From a virus (taxonomy: Duplodnaviria; Caudoviricetes), in IMG/VR virus record IMGVR_UViG_3300049795_000025, positions 1-57,340 of that record: 57,340 bases of DNA; one strand, written 5' to 3'. The notes beneath the pieces are model-generated. The model made no database searches. It saw nothing but the letters and a program-made list of their open reading frames with translations, and was not told the origin of the DNA. The position numbers and the translations under genes are program-made. Below, piece after piece: positions 18,075 through 27,448 of the stretch. How positions within the stretch are numbered: the stretch's first letter is position 1; the number at the start of each line of letters is the position of its first letter.

Positions 18075-20334
18075 CGTCGTCGTCCTCAGGATCGATTGCC
18101 ACCATTGACTTGACGTAGACCGATGCGCCAAAACCGCCGTTACTCTTCCGAGCGAGCACCCATATCACATCGGCATCCTCGCGGATCTCTTCCAGCTTCT
18201 GCTTGAACTTGGGGAAGTCGAAGCGCGTAATCCTGACGTAGACATCTTCGTCTTTGTCGTCATAGGAGTGCAGCACGCATGAGGTGGCGAGATCCGGTCG
18301 CTTAAGCCTGGCACGGATTACCTCTAGTGTGTCGCCCGAGCGGGATCGCTCGTCCTCAATGACATCTTTGTATTCCTTGAGCTTGACCATGCCGATCCAG
18401 ACGAGCTCCCGGCCACCGGGCGCATCCAAGATCTCTTCGCTGTTAACAGATGGTCGCCGGAGCGGAATCGAGCGGTCTTCGATCGCAGCCCGTACCGCGT
18501 CCAGTGCAAGCTGTGTCTTCAGGAGACCAAACGGATCATCGCCTTCAATCGCCGGACGCAACTTGGCAAGAATCGCAGGGCCTATCTTCTTCACGCGCAG
18601 CAGGTCATCGACACCCTTGAATGGGCCCTCCTGTTCACGACTGTTAAGAATGTTATAACAGACCGAGGGACCGATTCCGTTCAGCTGTAGGAATCCAGCC
18701 GTAATCCGTAGTAGACCATTCGGGTCAGGCGTCCATGTCGAGCCTGACAACCGGAGATCCACGCCTTTCACCTTGACCCCGTGCATCTGCGCATCGCGGA
18801 TGAGTTTGGGCCACTTATCCTTGTCGATTTTCCGGAGCTGCGCTGTGTAGAATGCAACTGGATGATGTATCTTGAGGTACATGCACCAGTAGCCGATCAT
18901 CGTATAAGCCAAGGAATGCGAGTAGACGAATGCATATGAGGCCGAGGTCACCACCCGGGACCAAACCTCCATTGCCAACTCTTCGGTAACGCCATGCATC
19001 TTTGCAGCGTTCGCGGCAAAGTCTTTCGCTGAGGTATTGAACTGTGCCTCACCGAGTTTCTTAGAGATGATGCGACGGATCTCATGCACACGCTTGACTG
19101 AGAGCCCACCAAACTGAGAGAGCGCGTGCAGGATTTGCTCCTGGTAAATGATCTGACCCTTAGTTCCTTTGGTGATCTCATCGATGACAGGATGGATATG
19201 GGTCGGCTCCATCTGTCCGTGCTTGACCTTGATATACTCCGCCGTGGTACCTGAGAACAGCGGCCCCGGGCGTGATAGCGCATTGATGTCGACTAGCTCC
19301 AAGAAGTCGTCAGGTCGAAGGTCTCGACCGACAAGCCGCGTCGCGCGGCCCTCGAATTGGAACACTCCGATGACATCGTTATCGTGGAACGCCTTGATCG
19401 TTGCCGGATCGTCTAAGGGGAGCGCATAGAGCTGCTCCAGCGTCATGCCGGCAATGTCTAGAGCGATCGCTATCATGCCCATCGTCTTGAGGCCGAGTAA
19501 ATCGATCTTCATCAGGTTGATTCGCTCGGCATCATACTTGTCAACCGCAACAGCCTGGATGGTCCGGCCCTTGACCTCGCGGGTATACATGGCACATATG
19601 TCCGAGACTGGCGTTGTGGTAACGACTACGCCAGCTGCATGTGTGGACATGGACTTGTAGTTACCCTCAAGTGCAATCGCCTTACTGATGTCCGGGTGCC
19701 TTGCGTAGATCGCAGCAGCACCATCGAACATCTCGATCGTGTCCATAAGTGCTGCGTCCGCTCGGGAATCACCACCTGAGCGCTCCACAATCATGCCCTT
19801 GAGGTCTTCAATGTCCCCACGCGGGAGTTGGAATACCCGCTGTACATCCGTAAGAGCACTCTTGCCCTTGTACTTGGTAAAAGTTCCAATGTTTCCAACG
19901 TGCGCAGCGCCGAACTTTCGAACTAGCGCTTCGCGGACCTCGTGCCGTCGTTCATCGTCGAAGTCGATATCAATGTCAGGGAGATCTGTACGTGTCGGGT
20001 CTACGAACCGCGAGAAGTCAGTGAGTGGGAAGTTCAGCGGGTCAGGCTCCGTGATCCGTAGCAGAAAGCACACGAACGAAGCGGCCGAGGAACCGCGGCC
20101 CGGGCCCACAACGATCCCGTTGTCCTTCGACCAACGGATGACCCAGGACACAAGCAGGAAGTAGCTCTCATACCCCTTCCCCATGATGAGCTTCATCTCG
20201 TGGTTCATCTGGTCTAGGTAAGCCTGGTTCCCGCGGTTCGACGGTCCGGTCCAGCCCTGCTTGAGCCTGTACTTCCAGCCCTCGCGGAGCCACGACCACA
20301 AGAGCTCTACTGGCTCGATTGGTAAAGATGTCAC
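18058..20334 (-). CDS. dnaE: DnaE-like (family C) DNA polymerase, catalytic part
   Basis: GPGRGSSAAS, PDIDIDF, THAAGVV, KIDLLGL, IYQEQ, YAFVYSH; GTG at 20334 with GGGGAG SD. Confidence 0.95.
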   Translation of the reverse strand: MTSLPIEPVELLWSWLREGWKYRLKQGWTGPSNRGNQAYLDQMNHEMKLIMGKGYESYFLLVSWVIRWSKDNGIVVGPGRGSSAASFVCFLLRITEPDPLNFPLTDFSRFVDPTRTDLPDIDIDFDDERRHEVREALVRKFGAAHVGNIGTFTKYKGKSALTDVQRVFQLPRGDIEDLKGMIVERSGGDSRADAALMDTIEMFDGAAAIYARHPDISKAIALEGNYKSMSTHAAGVVVTTTPVSDICAMYTREVKGRTIQAVAVDKYDAERINLMKIDLLGLKTMGMIAIALDIAGMTLEQLYALPLDDPATIKAFHDNDVIGVFQFEGRATRLVGRDLRPDDFLELVDINALSRPGPLFSGTTAEYIKVKHGQMEPTHIHPVIDEITKGTKGQIIYQEQILHALSQFGGLSVKRVHEIRRIISKKLGEAQFNTSAKDFAANAAKMHGVTEELAMEVWSRVVTSASYAFVYSHSLAYTMIGYWCMYLKIHHPVAFYTAQLRKIDKDKWPKLIRDAQMHGVKVKGVDLRLSGSTWTPDPNGLLRITAGFLQLNGIGPSVCYNILNSREQEGPFKGVDDLLRVKKIGPAILAKLRPAIEGDDPFGLLKTQLALDAVRAAIEDRSIPLRRPSVNSEEILDAPGGRELVWIGMVKLKEYKDVIEDERSRSGDTLEVIRARLKRPDLATSCVLHSYDDKDEDVYVRITRFDFPKFKQKLEEIREDADVIWVLARKSNGGFGASVYVKSMVAIDPEDDDDENDE

Positions 20335-20543
20335 CGAACTCCCCCAACCATTCTCGCAGATATTCCTGCTGGCACTGGACGGTCCACCTTCCAAGGTCTG
20401 CCCTCTATGATCGCAGCAGTACGAGCCGCTACACGGTACTCCGCTAAGCGGCCTGTGCGACGAAATCCTTCTGCGGCCGCTCTCCACAATTGTGACTGCT
20501 GTCGCCTAGGCATGCCCCAATGTGGATCGTGCCGGACTACCAT
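20331..20543 (-). CDS. Small Arg-rich protein between the two dnaE parts
   Basis: 70 aa; start overlaps the PHP gene end and the stop overlaps the polymerase GTG (GTGA). Confidence 0.5.
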   Translation of the reverse strand: MVVRHDPHWGMPRRQQSQLWRAAAEGFRRTGRLAEYRVAARTAAIIEGRPWKVDRPVPAGISARMVGGVR

Positions 20544-21445
20544 TTCAGCTCTGCGGTGGTTGCGGGGTACTGGAACTGCTCGGCCTTCGGTAGGACGACG
20601 TTGCAGCGGTCCGCAATCTCGCCGGTGTTACATAGAGCCGCCTGTGTCGCGTGCTTAGAGATGCCAGTTGCTAGCAGACGCTCATAGACCGACTGATCCG
20701 ACAGCGGTAAGTAGTCTGGGACTTCGTACTCCCACTCAGAGAGCTGCTTAGCAATCGTGTTGCTACCACGTCCGGCGGCATGTAACAGCGCGCGGATCTC
20801 GTGCTGTCCGGGCTGCAGGGTATGCACATCCGCAGTTGCGACCAAAGGGATATCGAGCTCGCTGGACAACCGCTCCCAGGCAGTATTGATGTCTCTGCAG
20901 CGTGGCATTAGCTCAGGGAAGATCTGGCACTCCAGGTAGTAACGATCCCCCAATAGATCCTTGAACTTCATCGCTGTGAGCCGGGCCCGTTCCCATGATG
21001 CATCGGCCGGTTCGATCGACTTCCCGCCTAGCAATGAGCAGGCAAGCAGGGAATCCGAGCATCCTGAAAGGACAATCAGTCCGGCCTGGTACTTCGCCAG
21101 CATCGCCCCATCCACAGTCGGCCATCTGTAGAAGTTCTCCCAACTGGCCGTGACAAGTCGATTGAGGTTGGAGTAACCGACTTGGTCCATAGCCAGGATT
21201 GTCAGATGGAACTTCCGCGGGCTTGATGGCTCCGGCGCTGTGTAGGCCTCAAGACCAAAGATTGGCTTGATCCCTGCCTTTTGCGCCGCGTACTCAAGTT
21301 GCACATGAGAAGAGACATTGCCATGATCCGTTAGCGCCAGAGCGCGCATGCCCAGTTCGGCTGCGCGCTCCACATGCTGAGCCGGAGTACCATATCCATC
21401 CCCATAGCTGAAGGTACAATGGTGATGCGTGCTGACGAACTTCAT
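20537..21445 (-). CDS. dnaE: PHP domain of DnaE encoded as a separate gene
   Basis: HHHCTFSYGDG, ALTDHG, GLEAY, HLTILA, LSGC, TADVH. Confidence 0.92.
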   Translation of the reverse strand: MKFVSTHHHCTFSYGDGYGTPAQHVERAAELGMRALALTDHGNVSSHVQLEYAAQKAGIKPIFGLEAYTAPEPSSPRKFHLTILAMDQVGYSNLNRLVTASWENFYRWPTVDGAMLAKYQAGLIVLSGCSDSLLACSLLGGKSIEPADASWERARLTAMKFKDLLGDRYYLECQIFPELMPRCRDINTAWERLSSELDIPLVATADVHTLQPGQHEIRALLHAAGRGSNTIAKQLSEWEYEVPDYLPLSDQSVYERLLATGISKHATQAALCNTGEIADRCNVVLPKAEQFQYPATTAELKW

Positions 21446-21669
21446 GCTCGTCGATTCTCCTGCAGCTCCATGTGCATGGTATCCGGATCCAGCACGTGGC
21501 AGACGCTGACTTCCAACTCGTAGCCCCTTTCCTCAGCCTGCCTCTTCATGTTGGACTTGACAGACTTGGCCTTGGCCTGGCCGTACGGTCCATAGACGTG
21601 CGTGATGAATCGCTTGTTATGTGGCATGCGAGCTTTGCTAACAACCACATACTGCCGATCTTCTGGCAT
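21442..21669 (-). CDS. Hypothetical protein
   Basis: About 75 aa; ATGA overlap with the PHP gene. Confidence 0.55.
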   Translation of the reverse strand: MPEDRQYVVVSKARMPHNKRFITHVYGPYGQAKAKSVKSNMKRQAEERGYELEVSVCHVLDPDTMHMELQENRRA

Positions 21670-21706
21670 CTGCGGATTCTTCAAGATTTAACCATCCTTA
21701 ATAAGA

Positions 21707-22030
21707 TTACAGCAGGCCTCGATCTTTCATGTTTAGGAATAGATCGAGATCGGCAATGTGCCTAACGGCCTCATCCTTATGCCATGCGTGTGTCGAAAGC
21801 GCGTCCTTCAGTGCAAGGCTCTCACCCTTGATCTTGGCTACTTGAACCGGATCAACGATCCCCTTGCTATCCAGGTAGTCGTTCAACTCATTGTTGATCT
21901 TGACCCATTTGCTACCAGCCTGATCCGCCTTGAACTGTGACCGTCGGATTGACTGCCATTTGAGTTGGATGAACTTCTGTTCATTATCCTTCAGCTCCAA
22001 GTCAGATCCGTCGATTCTGCGCATCCTCAT
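21707..22030 (-). CDS. Hypothetical helical protein
   Basis: 107 aa; ATGA overlap. Confidence 0.65.
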   Translation of the reverse strand: MRMRRIDGSDLELKDNEQKFIQLKWQSIRRSQFKADQAGSKWVKINNELNDYLDSKGIVDPVQVAKIKGESLALKDALSTHAWHKDEAVRHIADLDLFLNMKDRGLL

Positions 22031-22599
22031 CCCGGATACTCCTCTCGATAGCAGATCCCGAACTGTTCCCAGTGTTTCTCCATGGTTGGCTGGAAATCCT
22101 TATTACGGAGTCCGTACGCCGGATGCACCATCGGCCACAGTGTCCGGCCGCCCGAGATCGCATAGCTGTTCCCAGCAGCCCGCATGACTCCGCCGCACTC
22201 GGGTCTGATTGCACTCAGAGCTGTTGCACCGACTGCTATAAGTACCTTGGGTCGACCGAGCGCATACCACTCGGCACGAAGGTGCACAAGCGACAGGTGT
22301 ACTTCCCTAGGCGTAGGTGTCCGATTGCCCGGTGGTCGATATTTAACAATGTTAGTTATGAAGTACTCCTCAGGCTTCAGCCCTGCACAGTCGGTAATCA
22401 ACGACCGAAGCACCTTGCCACTTGCCCCCACAAATGGACGCTTAGCTGTGTTCTCCGTCGCCCCTGGAGCCTCGCCCACAATCATGATATTCGGCCGGGA
22501 GGAGCCTTCTCCGGGCACTAGGACGATGCCAGGCGTCCGGAGATCATCGAACGCCTTGTCAGCCCGGACAGCTTCGTAGACCTCAGCCAGACTAGTCAC
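22027..22599 (-). CDS. Uracil-DNA glycosylase family 4-like protein
   Basis: VGEAPG, GASG, TNIVKYRPPGNRTP, HPAY; GTG start at 22599; lacks the Fe-S cysteines. Confidence 0.88.
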   Translation of the reverse strand: MTSLAEVYEAVRADKAFDDLRTPGIVLVPGEGSSRPNIMIVGEAPGATENTAKRPFVGASGKVLRSLITDCAGLKPEEYFITNIVKYRPPGNRTPTPREVHLSLVHLRAEWYALGRPKVLIAVGATALSAIRPECGGVMRAAGNSYAISGGRTLWPMVHPAYGLRNKDFQPTMEKHWEQFGICYREEYPG

Positions 22600-23179
22600 G
22601 TCGCCGAACCTTGATCCGGTAGCTGCAGGCCGTTTGGAATTCATGACCGTAGGCACAACGATCTGAGCAGGATAGACCAGCGCCGTTCGGACGGTAGACA
22701 AGGATGTAACCTGCCTTTTCCAACTCGGTTGGATCACCCTTGATAGCATCCTGTGCCATCGTCCTGATGTCAGGATCGATAGTTGCTTTCCCAGAAAGCT
22801 CAGAAGGCTCGGCTTTGGATTCTTGGAACTCCGCCAAATCCAGATCCTGAATAAACTGCGTTGCGCGGCTATGCCGAAGCTGCGCGGTCTCAGCACCGCA
22901 GGCTGCGTAACCGGCGATGTCGTCCCAGGAGTCTAAGTTGTTTGGCTGCCAACAGAGCCTTGCAAGCTTGAGCGCTATCATGAACAGCGCCACATCCGAC
23001 CCATGTAGCGGACGCAACATGCCGTCCCCCGCATCGATTACAAATCCCATTGCGGAAGCAATCTCTGCAATTCGCTGGAAGTCCTCGTCCGGTTCACCAT
23101 AGCTCTTGTTGCGGTCCTTGGTGACATAGCCCTTGGCGCGGTCCAGCACACCTTCGCGGATTGTATAGCGTTCAGTCAT
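22592..23179 (-). CDS. DUF6378-like protein (possible dNTP pyrophosphatase fold)
   Basis: RNKSYG.P...F..IA, LKLAR, DSWDDIAGY. Confidence 0.7.
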   Translation of the reverse strand: MTERYTIREGVLDRAKGYVTKDRNKSYGEPDEDFQRIAEIASAMGFVIDAGDGMLRPLHGSDVALFMIALKLARLCWQPNNLDSWDDIAGYAACGAETAQLRHSRATQFIQDLDLAEFQESKAEPSELSGKATIDPDIRTMAQDAIKGDPTELEKAGYILVYRPNGAGLSCSDRCAYGHEFQTACSYRIKVRRRD

Positions 23180-23843
23180 TCCAAGACCTCCAGGAAAATA
23201 GATCGCTTGTCACAAGTTCTAGGATTCCCAGGCAAGAATGCACTCTGCGATCCCAGGATATGTGTCGATTGTAGGGTTGATCACGGAGAATCGGAGAGAC
23301 GCAATATTGCGGCTTGATGCAGATACCAAAGATCCTCTCAGCGGCATCAATCATCTCTGGCAAATCATCCACAATCGAGGCAACACGACTGCCCGCCTGC
23401 CGCCAGAGCTCGTCGTACTTAGTTCCGTCCTCTTCATGCGCCGGATCGAATAGCAGCGCATCATAGCCGATGTCGTTCCGTCGTAGCCATTCTCTGGTAT
23501 CAGGATCGACGTTGTCGAGTCGCAGGTATGGCCTAGTCGTACACAGCCACACCTCAGCGCCTGCCGCACGGATCTGAGCCGTTAGATCTGCTGCACCCGA
23601 GTACGCAGGCATCCAGCGCTTCCAACCGCCCTGACGATAGGCGAGCTTGGCATCCCGGTAATCACGCTGCGGAATCCCCATCCACTCCCAGAGCGGTAGT
23701 CCCGGGTTGGAATCACCGATCAGATGGCCAAAGGTTCTTCCAAAGTACAGGTCTGCAAAGGTCAGGAAGTTGGTGTGATAGTCACCTAGGGTGCCGTCGA
23801 TGTCAAGAGCCACGACCGGCTTGCCTTCGCCGTTACTTCGCAT
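23172..23843 (-). CDS. HAD-superfamily phosphatase (5'-nucleotidase-like)
   Basis: DIDGTL motif I, TTR motif II, K, VDD motif IV. Confidence 0.85.
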   Translation of the reverse strand: MRSNGEGKPVVALDIDGTLGDYHTNFLTFADLYFGRTFGHLIGDSNPGLPLWEWMGIPQRDYRDAKLAYRQGGWKRWMPAYSGAADLTAQIRAAGAEVWLCTTRPYLRLDNVDPDTREWLRRNDIGYDALLFDPAHEEDGTKYDELWRQAGSRVASIVDDLPEMIDAAERIFGICIKPQYCVSPILRDQPYNRHISWDRRVHSCLGILELVTSDLFSWRSWND

Positions 23844-23870
23844 GGTATTCTCGTCGAACTCGCCAAATTT

Positions 23871-24671
23871 TCACCGCAGAGACAACCGCTTCAACGCAAG
23901 GTCTCCGGCTGTGTGAGAGAGCACACCCTTAGTCCAGGTCCCATAACGGCCGACACGAATGAAATTACTGAAGCAATCGCAGTCGGTCGAGATCGGCTTG
24001 GTCACCGGCGCTACACCGTCGAAAGGCGGTTTGCGTCCGCTGGGCCACTCCATGGTCGTATAGCCGAAAATATTGGATGCCCGGTACCAGCCGACTTCCC
24101 GCGTCGCATCGCACTCCACAGTCTCGCGCGTTGGCGAGTATGGGGCGAATACACCGCGCTCCGGAGCATCGCCGATCGCCCAAACCTGCTGCGAATCGAA
24201 CACGTGGACCTCAGAGCACAGTTCAGTCGCAGGGATCGAGGTCACCACCCGGTCATACCGTAGTGGATGCAGCTCCTGGATCACCCATTCCGGCGAGATC
24301 TGCGGAATGTTGATGATACGCTCTGCATAGACGCTCCAAGCAGCTGCGTAGGCCTCGCGGATATCCCAGGCCGGATGCCGTGAGGTAAGCGCCTCCAGCG
24401 ACACCGAGATTCCGCTCCGACGCCCATAGACCTTCTCTCGATATGCATCGACCGTTCCGTTTAGCCGATAATGGACCTCGCGCGAACGGCCTACGGTCAA
24501 GCCAGGAATCGGCGCGTGCAGGTACTGTGCGCCGAACATCTCACTGCGGCGCTTCTTGGAGAAGATCGTGACGTCCCAGTTGTCCTGTGCAAGTGCATGC
24601 GCCGCGAACAAACCCGCCGGTCCGCAACCGAGCACTGCTGCCCGCTTCTCGCGACGCCTGAGTAGCTTCAC
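23871..24671 (-). CDS. FAD-dependent oxidoreductase
   Basis: Rossmann VLGCGPAG, GAQYLH, C-terminal GRYGTW. Confidence 0.82.
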   Translation of the reverse strand: MKLLRRREKRAAVLGCGPAGLFAAHALAQDNWDVTIFSKKRRSEMFGAQYLHAPIPGLTVGRSREVHYRLNGTVDAYREKVYGRRSGISVSLEALTSRHPAWDIREAYAAAWSVYAERIINIPQISPEWVIQELHPLRYDRVVTSIPATELCSEVHVFDSQQVWAIGDAPERGVFAPYSPTRETVECDATREVGWYRASNIFGYTTMEWPSGRKPPFDGVAPVTKPISTDCDCFSNFIRVGRYGTWTKGVLSHTAGDLALKRLSLR

Positions 24672-25171
24672 AGTTCGTATCCATCCACTCCGGCAGCATC
24701 AAACTTGTGCTGCTGTTCTTCAGATTTGGTAATCACGTCCGCTTCGGCCTGTTGCTGATTCCAGCGCCGCATGGCCTCGGCCCGGACAAGGTCCACGGAT
24801 GGCGCGTAGGCATTGGTGACGATCGCGATTACCCAGGCGAGCTCTTGCGCACGATACTTGTCACCTTCGTCCTCGGCGTCAGTCCCGGTCATCAGGCCTT
24901 CCATGAGCCGGTCCATCTCAGACCACAACGCTTCCAGGAGCGTTGGACCGCCATAGATCGGCTGGAGGCTGGGACGGTGCAGCATCACACTTGTTACACT
25001 GAATGGCAACTTAGAAGGATGAACGATTTCCGGGATTAGATGGGCATTCTCCTCGGATGTTGAAGCGCCGATGATGCCGTATGTTGAGTGGTTAACCACC
25101 CAGATCTTCTGCGGTCGGTCCTGGAAGATCTGCGGGTGGTCGCGGAGATCAATGTTTGACACTAGTTCCAC
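24668..25171 (-). CDS. Hypothetical protein
   Basis: 167 aa, coupled. Confidence 0.6.
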   Translation of the reverse strand: MELVSNIDLRDHPQIFQDRPQKIWVVNHSTYGIIGASTSEENAHLIPEIVHPSKLPFSVTSVMLHRPSLQPIYGGPTLLEALWSEMDRLMEGLMTGTDAEDEGDKYRAQELAWVIAIVTNAYAPSVDLVRAEAMRRWNQQQAEADVITKSEEQQHKFDAAGVDGYEL

Positions 25172-25380
25172 TCCGGCAGATCACGAAAGCCGATCGGAGC
25201 GTGGCTCTTACCGGTGTTATCGAAGATCAGCCCGGCCCAAGGATCGATCTCAATCTGCGGCTTGGCGCCATTCGACGCTCCGCCGATAGCGCCAATTGAT
25301 GAAGAACCTCCGCGTTGATCGACGCTCAAAACCTGGACAACCTTGCAGCCGTCCCAGATCCGAATCGTAATCTCACTCAT
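25162..25380 (-). CDS. Hypothetical protein
   Basis: AAGGAG SD, 72 aa. Confidence 0.55.
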   Translation of the reverse strand: MSEITIRIWDGCKVVQVLSVDQRGGSSSIGAIGGASNGAKPQIEIDPWAGLIFDNTGKSHAPIGFRDLPEWN

Positions 25381-25672
25381 AGCTCTGCTCCTTATGGACG
25401 TGGTCGTACATGCCAGCGGCGCCGTCAGTCCGGCCGTCATAGAGCTCGTGCATCTTGTCATGAAACGTTCGCCACTCTACTCCTGCGCGCAACCGCCGAG
25501 GCAGGCCCTTAGCCTTCCGGTCCGGCTCTTCATATCCGATGTTGATGTGGCCGATGTCCTCGTCATGTCGATGCTGCATGTGCTTGATCATGATCTCGTC
25601 GGTCATATCCCTGACCGAAGGCACACGTACCAAGTCACCCATACTGGCCCCTTCTGGATCGGATTCTTTCAT
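25373..25672 (-). CDS. Hypothetical His-rich protein
   Basis: About 99 aa; H...RH, FH...H, DHVH. Confidence 0.6.
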   Translation of the reverse strand: MKESDPEGASMGDLVRVPSVRDMTDEIMIKHMQHRHDEDIGHINIGYEEPDRKAKGLPRRLRAGVEWRTFHDKMHELYDGRTDGAAGMYDHVHKEQSYE

Positions 25673-25714
25673 CCTAGTTTCTCTTCTTGCACTGCGGCTA
25701 GTAGCAATGGGGCA

Positions 25715-25749
25715 GGGCCGGTCGCCCCCTCCACAAAGGCGACCGGCCC
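25715..25749 (-). terminator. GC-rich hairpin after the SSB gene
   Basis: GGGCCGGTCGCC/GGCGACCGGCCC. Confidence 0.6.
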
Positions 25750-25772
25750 CTATCCATCCCATCCAGGAAGGT

Positions 25773-26330
25773 CTAGAAGGGCGGCTCGTCGTTCGGATCC
25801 AAATCGTCGTCCGTGACCTGCGAGTCGTCCTCGTCCGGTGCGTCGTCAACCGGAAGATAGCCCGTGCCGTTCAGCACGATCTTCTCGGCGTAGCCGTCGG
25901 CCGTGGGCTGGTACTTGACATTGATGTAGATCTCCAGACCCTCCGGCTCTCCGGCCGAGGCCAACTTCGTGACTCGACCGTCCTCGTCGGTCAGAATCGA
26001 GCCGTAGAATTCCTTGGAGGAGATCCCGAAGGCCTCACAGAAGGCCTTGACCCGGAACGCCGTCGACTTCATCACCGGCATGTAGTCGAAGAGCGGACAA
26101 CCATCGTACTGCTTGTGCGCGGCCTTCCAAGTACCATCCAACTCTACGATCGTCCGCAGCATCGGATTTCCTTTGGATGACTCGCTCTGCTTCATCGACT
26201 TCACGATGAAGCGGTACAAACCGCCCTTCGGGATCGGGCCGATGTACGTGCTGAAGTCGTTCGACTTGGCGTTGTCGATGTCGGATGCGGTGAGGGCTTG
26301 CTCCCCACTTCCCCACTTCGCCTTCGGCAT
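25773..26330 (-). CDS. Single-stranded DNA-binding protein (DUF669-like)
   Basis: SSKGNPM motif, acidic tail ending DEPPF, next to the AAA ATPase. Confidence 0.75.
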   Translation of the reverse strand: MPKAKWGSGEQALTASDIDNAKSNDFSTYIGPIPKGGLYRFIVKSMKQSESSKGNPMLRTIVELDGTWKAAHKQYDGCPLFDYMPVMKSTAFRVKAFCEAFGISSKEFYGSILTDEDGRVTKLASAGEPEGLEIYINVKYQPTADGYAEKIVLNGTGYLPVDDAPDEDDSQVTDDDLDPNDEPPF

Positions 26331-26352
26331 TCGGTGCCTTCTCTCTCTTGAA

Positions 26353-27219
26353 CTACCGCCGCGCAACTGCGCGGCGTCGACCGGCAGCAGCCTTCTTAGC
26401 AGGCAGCGCCGGAGCTTGTGTTGGTGAAATTTCGCCGGATTCGATCATAGCGAGTAGGTCCGGCATGCTCTTGTCGTCGGTGAAGAGGCCGAGTGCTCCG
26501 CCAAACTGATCCTTGGCGAAGAACGTCGTCTCGGTCTCGGGATCGCGGTAGTGCTGCCACAGAATCCGCCGGACCTGCTCAGCTCCGCTGTCCGAACGAC
26601 GCACACGGATCGACATGAAGCCGACCGCGTGCATCAGGCCAGAGACGTAGTTACTGACCTCGTAGCCCTTGCCCTGGATCGACGGATAGACGACGACTTC
26701 GCCGGTGCTCTTGTCCTCCGGTCGCATCGCATGCGCGGTGATCAGGACGTTGCACTGAAGATCGACGAATCGAGCGATCCAGCCCTTGACAAAGTTCTGG
26801 GCGTTGTAGTAGTCGGGCTTGTCGGGAAGGTTCCGGTGCGCTCGCTTGGCCGGGTTAGCGTCGAAGGCCTCTGCGGCATAAGCCAGCAGGAACTTATTCT
26901 GCATAGTCCCAAGTCCATCGATCACGATCCAGTCATACTGGGTGAACGCCCCGGCCTCCAACCACGCAATCGCCGCAGACGCAGTAGCCGTGTCAGGGAT
27001 GATCCGAACCTGCCCCTTGGCACCCTGCCTTGCTGCCGAGATGTATCCGGGCTCTCCGGCGAGGTAAAGGACTCGGCCCGGGCACGTTCCCGCTAGGACT
27101 GTCTTGCCTACGCCCGAGTCGCCGTACACGATGAAATTCATGAACTCAGTGGAGCCGTCCATGTCGAAGAGTCCAGATTCGAACTCCGCGATGGTCATGC
27201 CCTGCTTCTCAGTCGCCAT
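26353..27219 (-). CDS. AAA/RecA-like ATPase (Sak4-like recombinase)
   Basis: VYGDSGVGKT, IVIDG, LITAH, AKD. Confidence 0.85.
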   Translation of the reverse strand: MATEKQGMTIAEFESGLFDMDGSTEFMNFIVYGDSGVGKTVLAGTCPGRVLYLAGEPGYISAARQGAKGQVRIIPDTATASAAIAWLEAGAFTQYDWIVIDGLGTMQNKFLLAYAAEAFDANPAKRAHRNLPDKPDYYNAQNFVKGWIARFVDLQCNVLITAHAMRPEDKSTGEVVVYPSIQGKGYEVSNYVSGLMHAVGFMSIRVRRSDSGAEQVRRILWQHYRDPETETTFFAKDQFGGALGLFTDDKSMPDLLAMIESGEISPTQAPALPAKKAAAGRRRAVARR

Positions 27220-27448
27220 AGCCAAGCTCCCGACGTCTGTTCAATCTGGCCGCCATGGCGAGAGTGTCTGCTTGCTGTGCGCAAAGCTCGACAGCCTCTT
27301 TGACACCCTGTACAATCGTTAGGTCCGTACGATCGTCACTACCAGCTTTGGCTTTCGCCATTATCGTGTAGTTGCAGAACCTCTGCCCGTGCGCGATAAG
27401 CGTAACCGTCAGTTCGGCCTCAATCTCATACGTCTCATGCAGCGGCAT
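27209..27448 (-). CDS. Hypothetical protein
   Basis: 79 aa; TGATG overlap. Confidence 0.55.
   Translation of the reverse strand: MPLHETYEIEAELTVTLIAHGQRFCNYTIMAKAKAGSDDRTDLTIVQGVKEAVELCAQQADTLAMAARLNRRRELGYGD

Noticed and set aside
18058-21445. Split intein in DnaE
   Set aside because: No Cys/Ser-initiated intein N-part at the PHP end and no His-Asn-Cys/Ser/Thr junction at the polymerase start.
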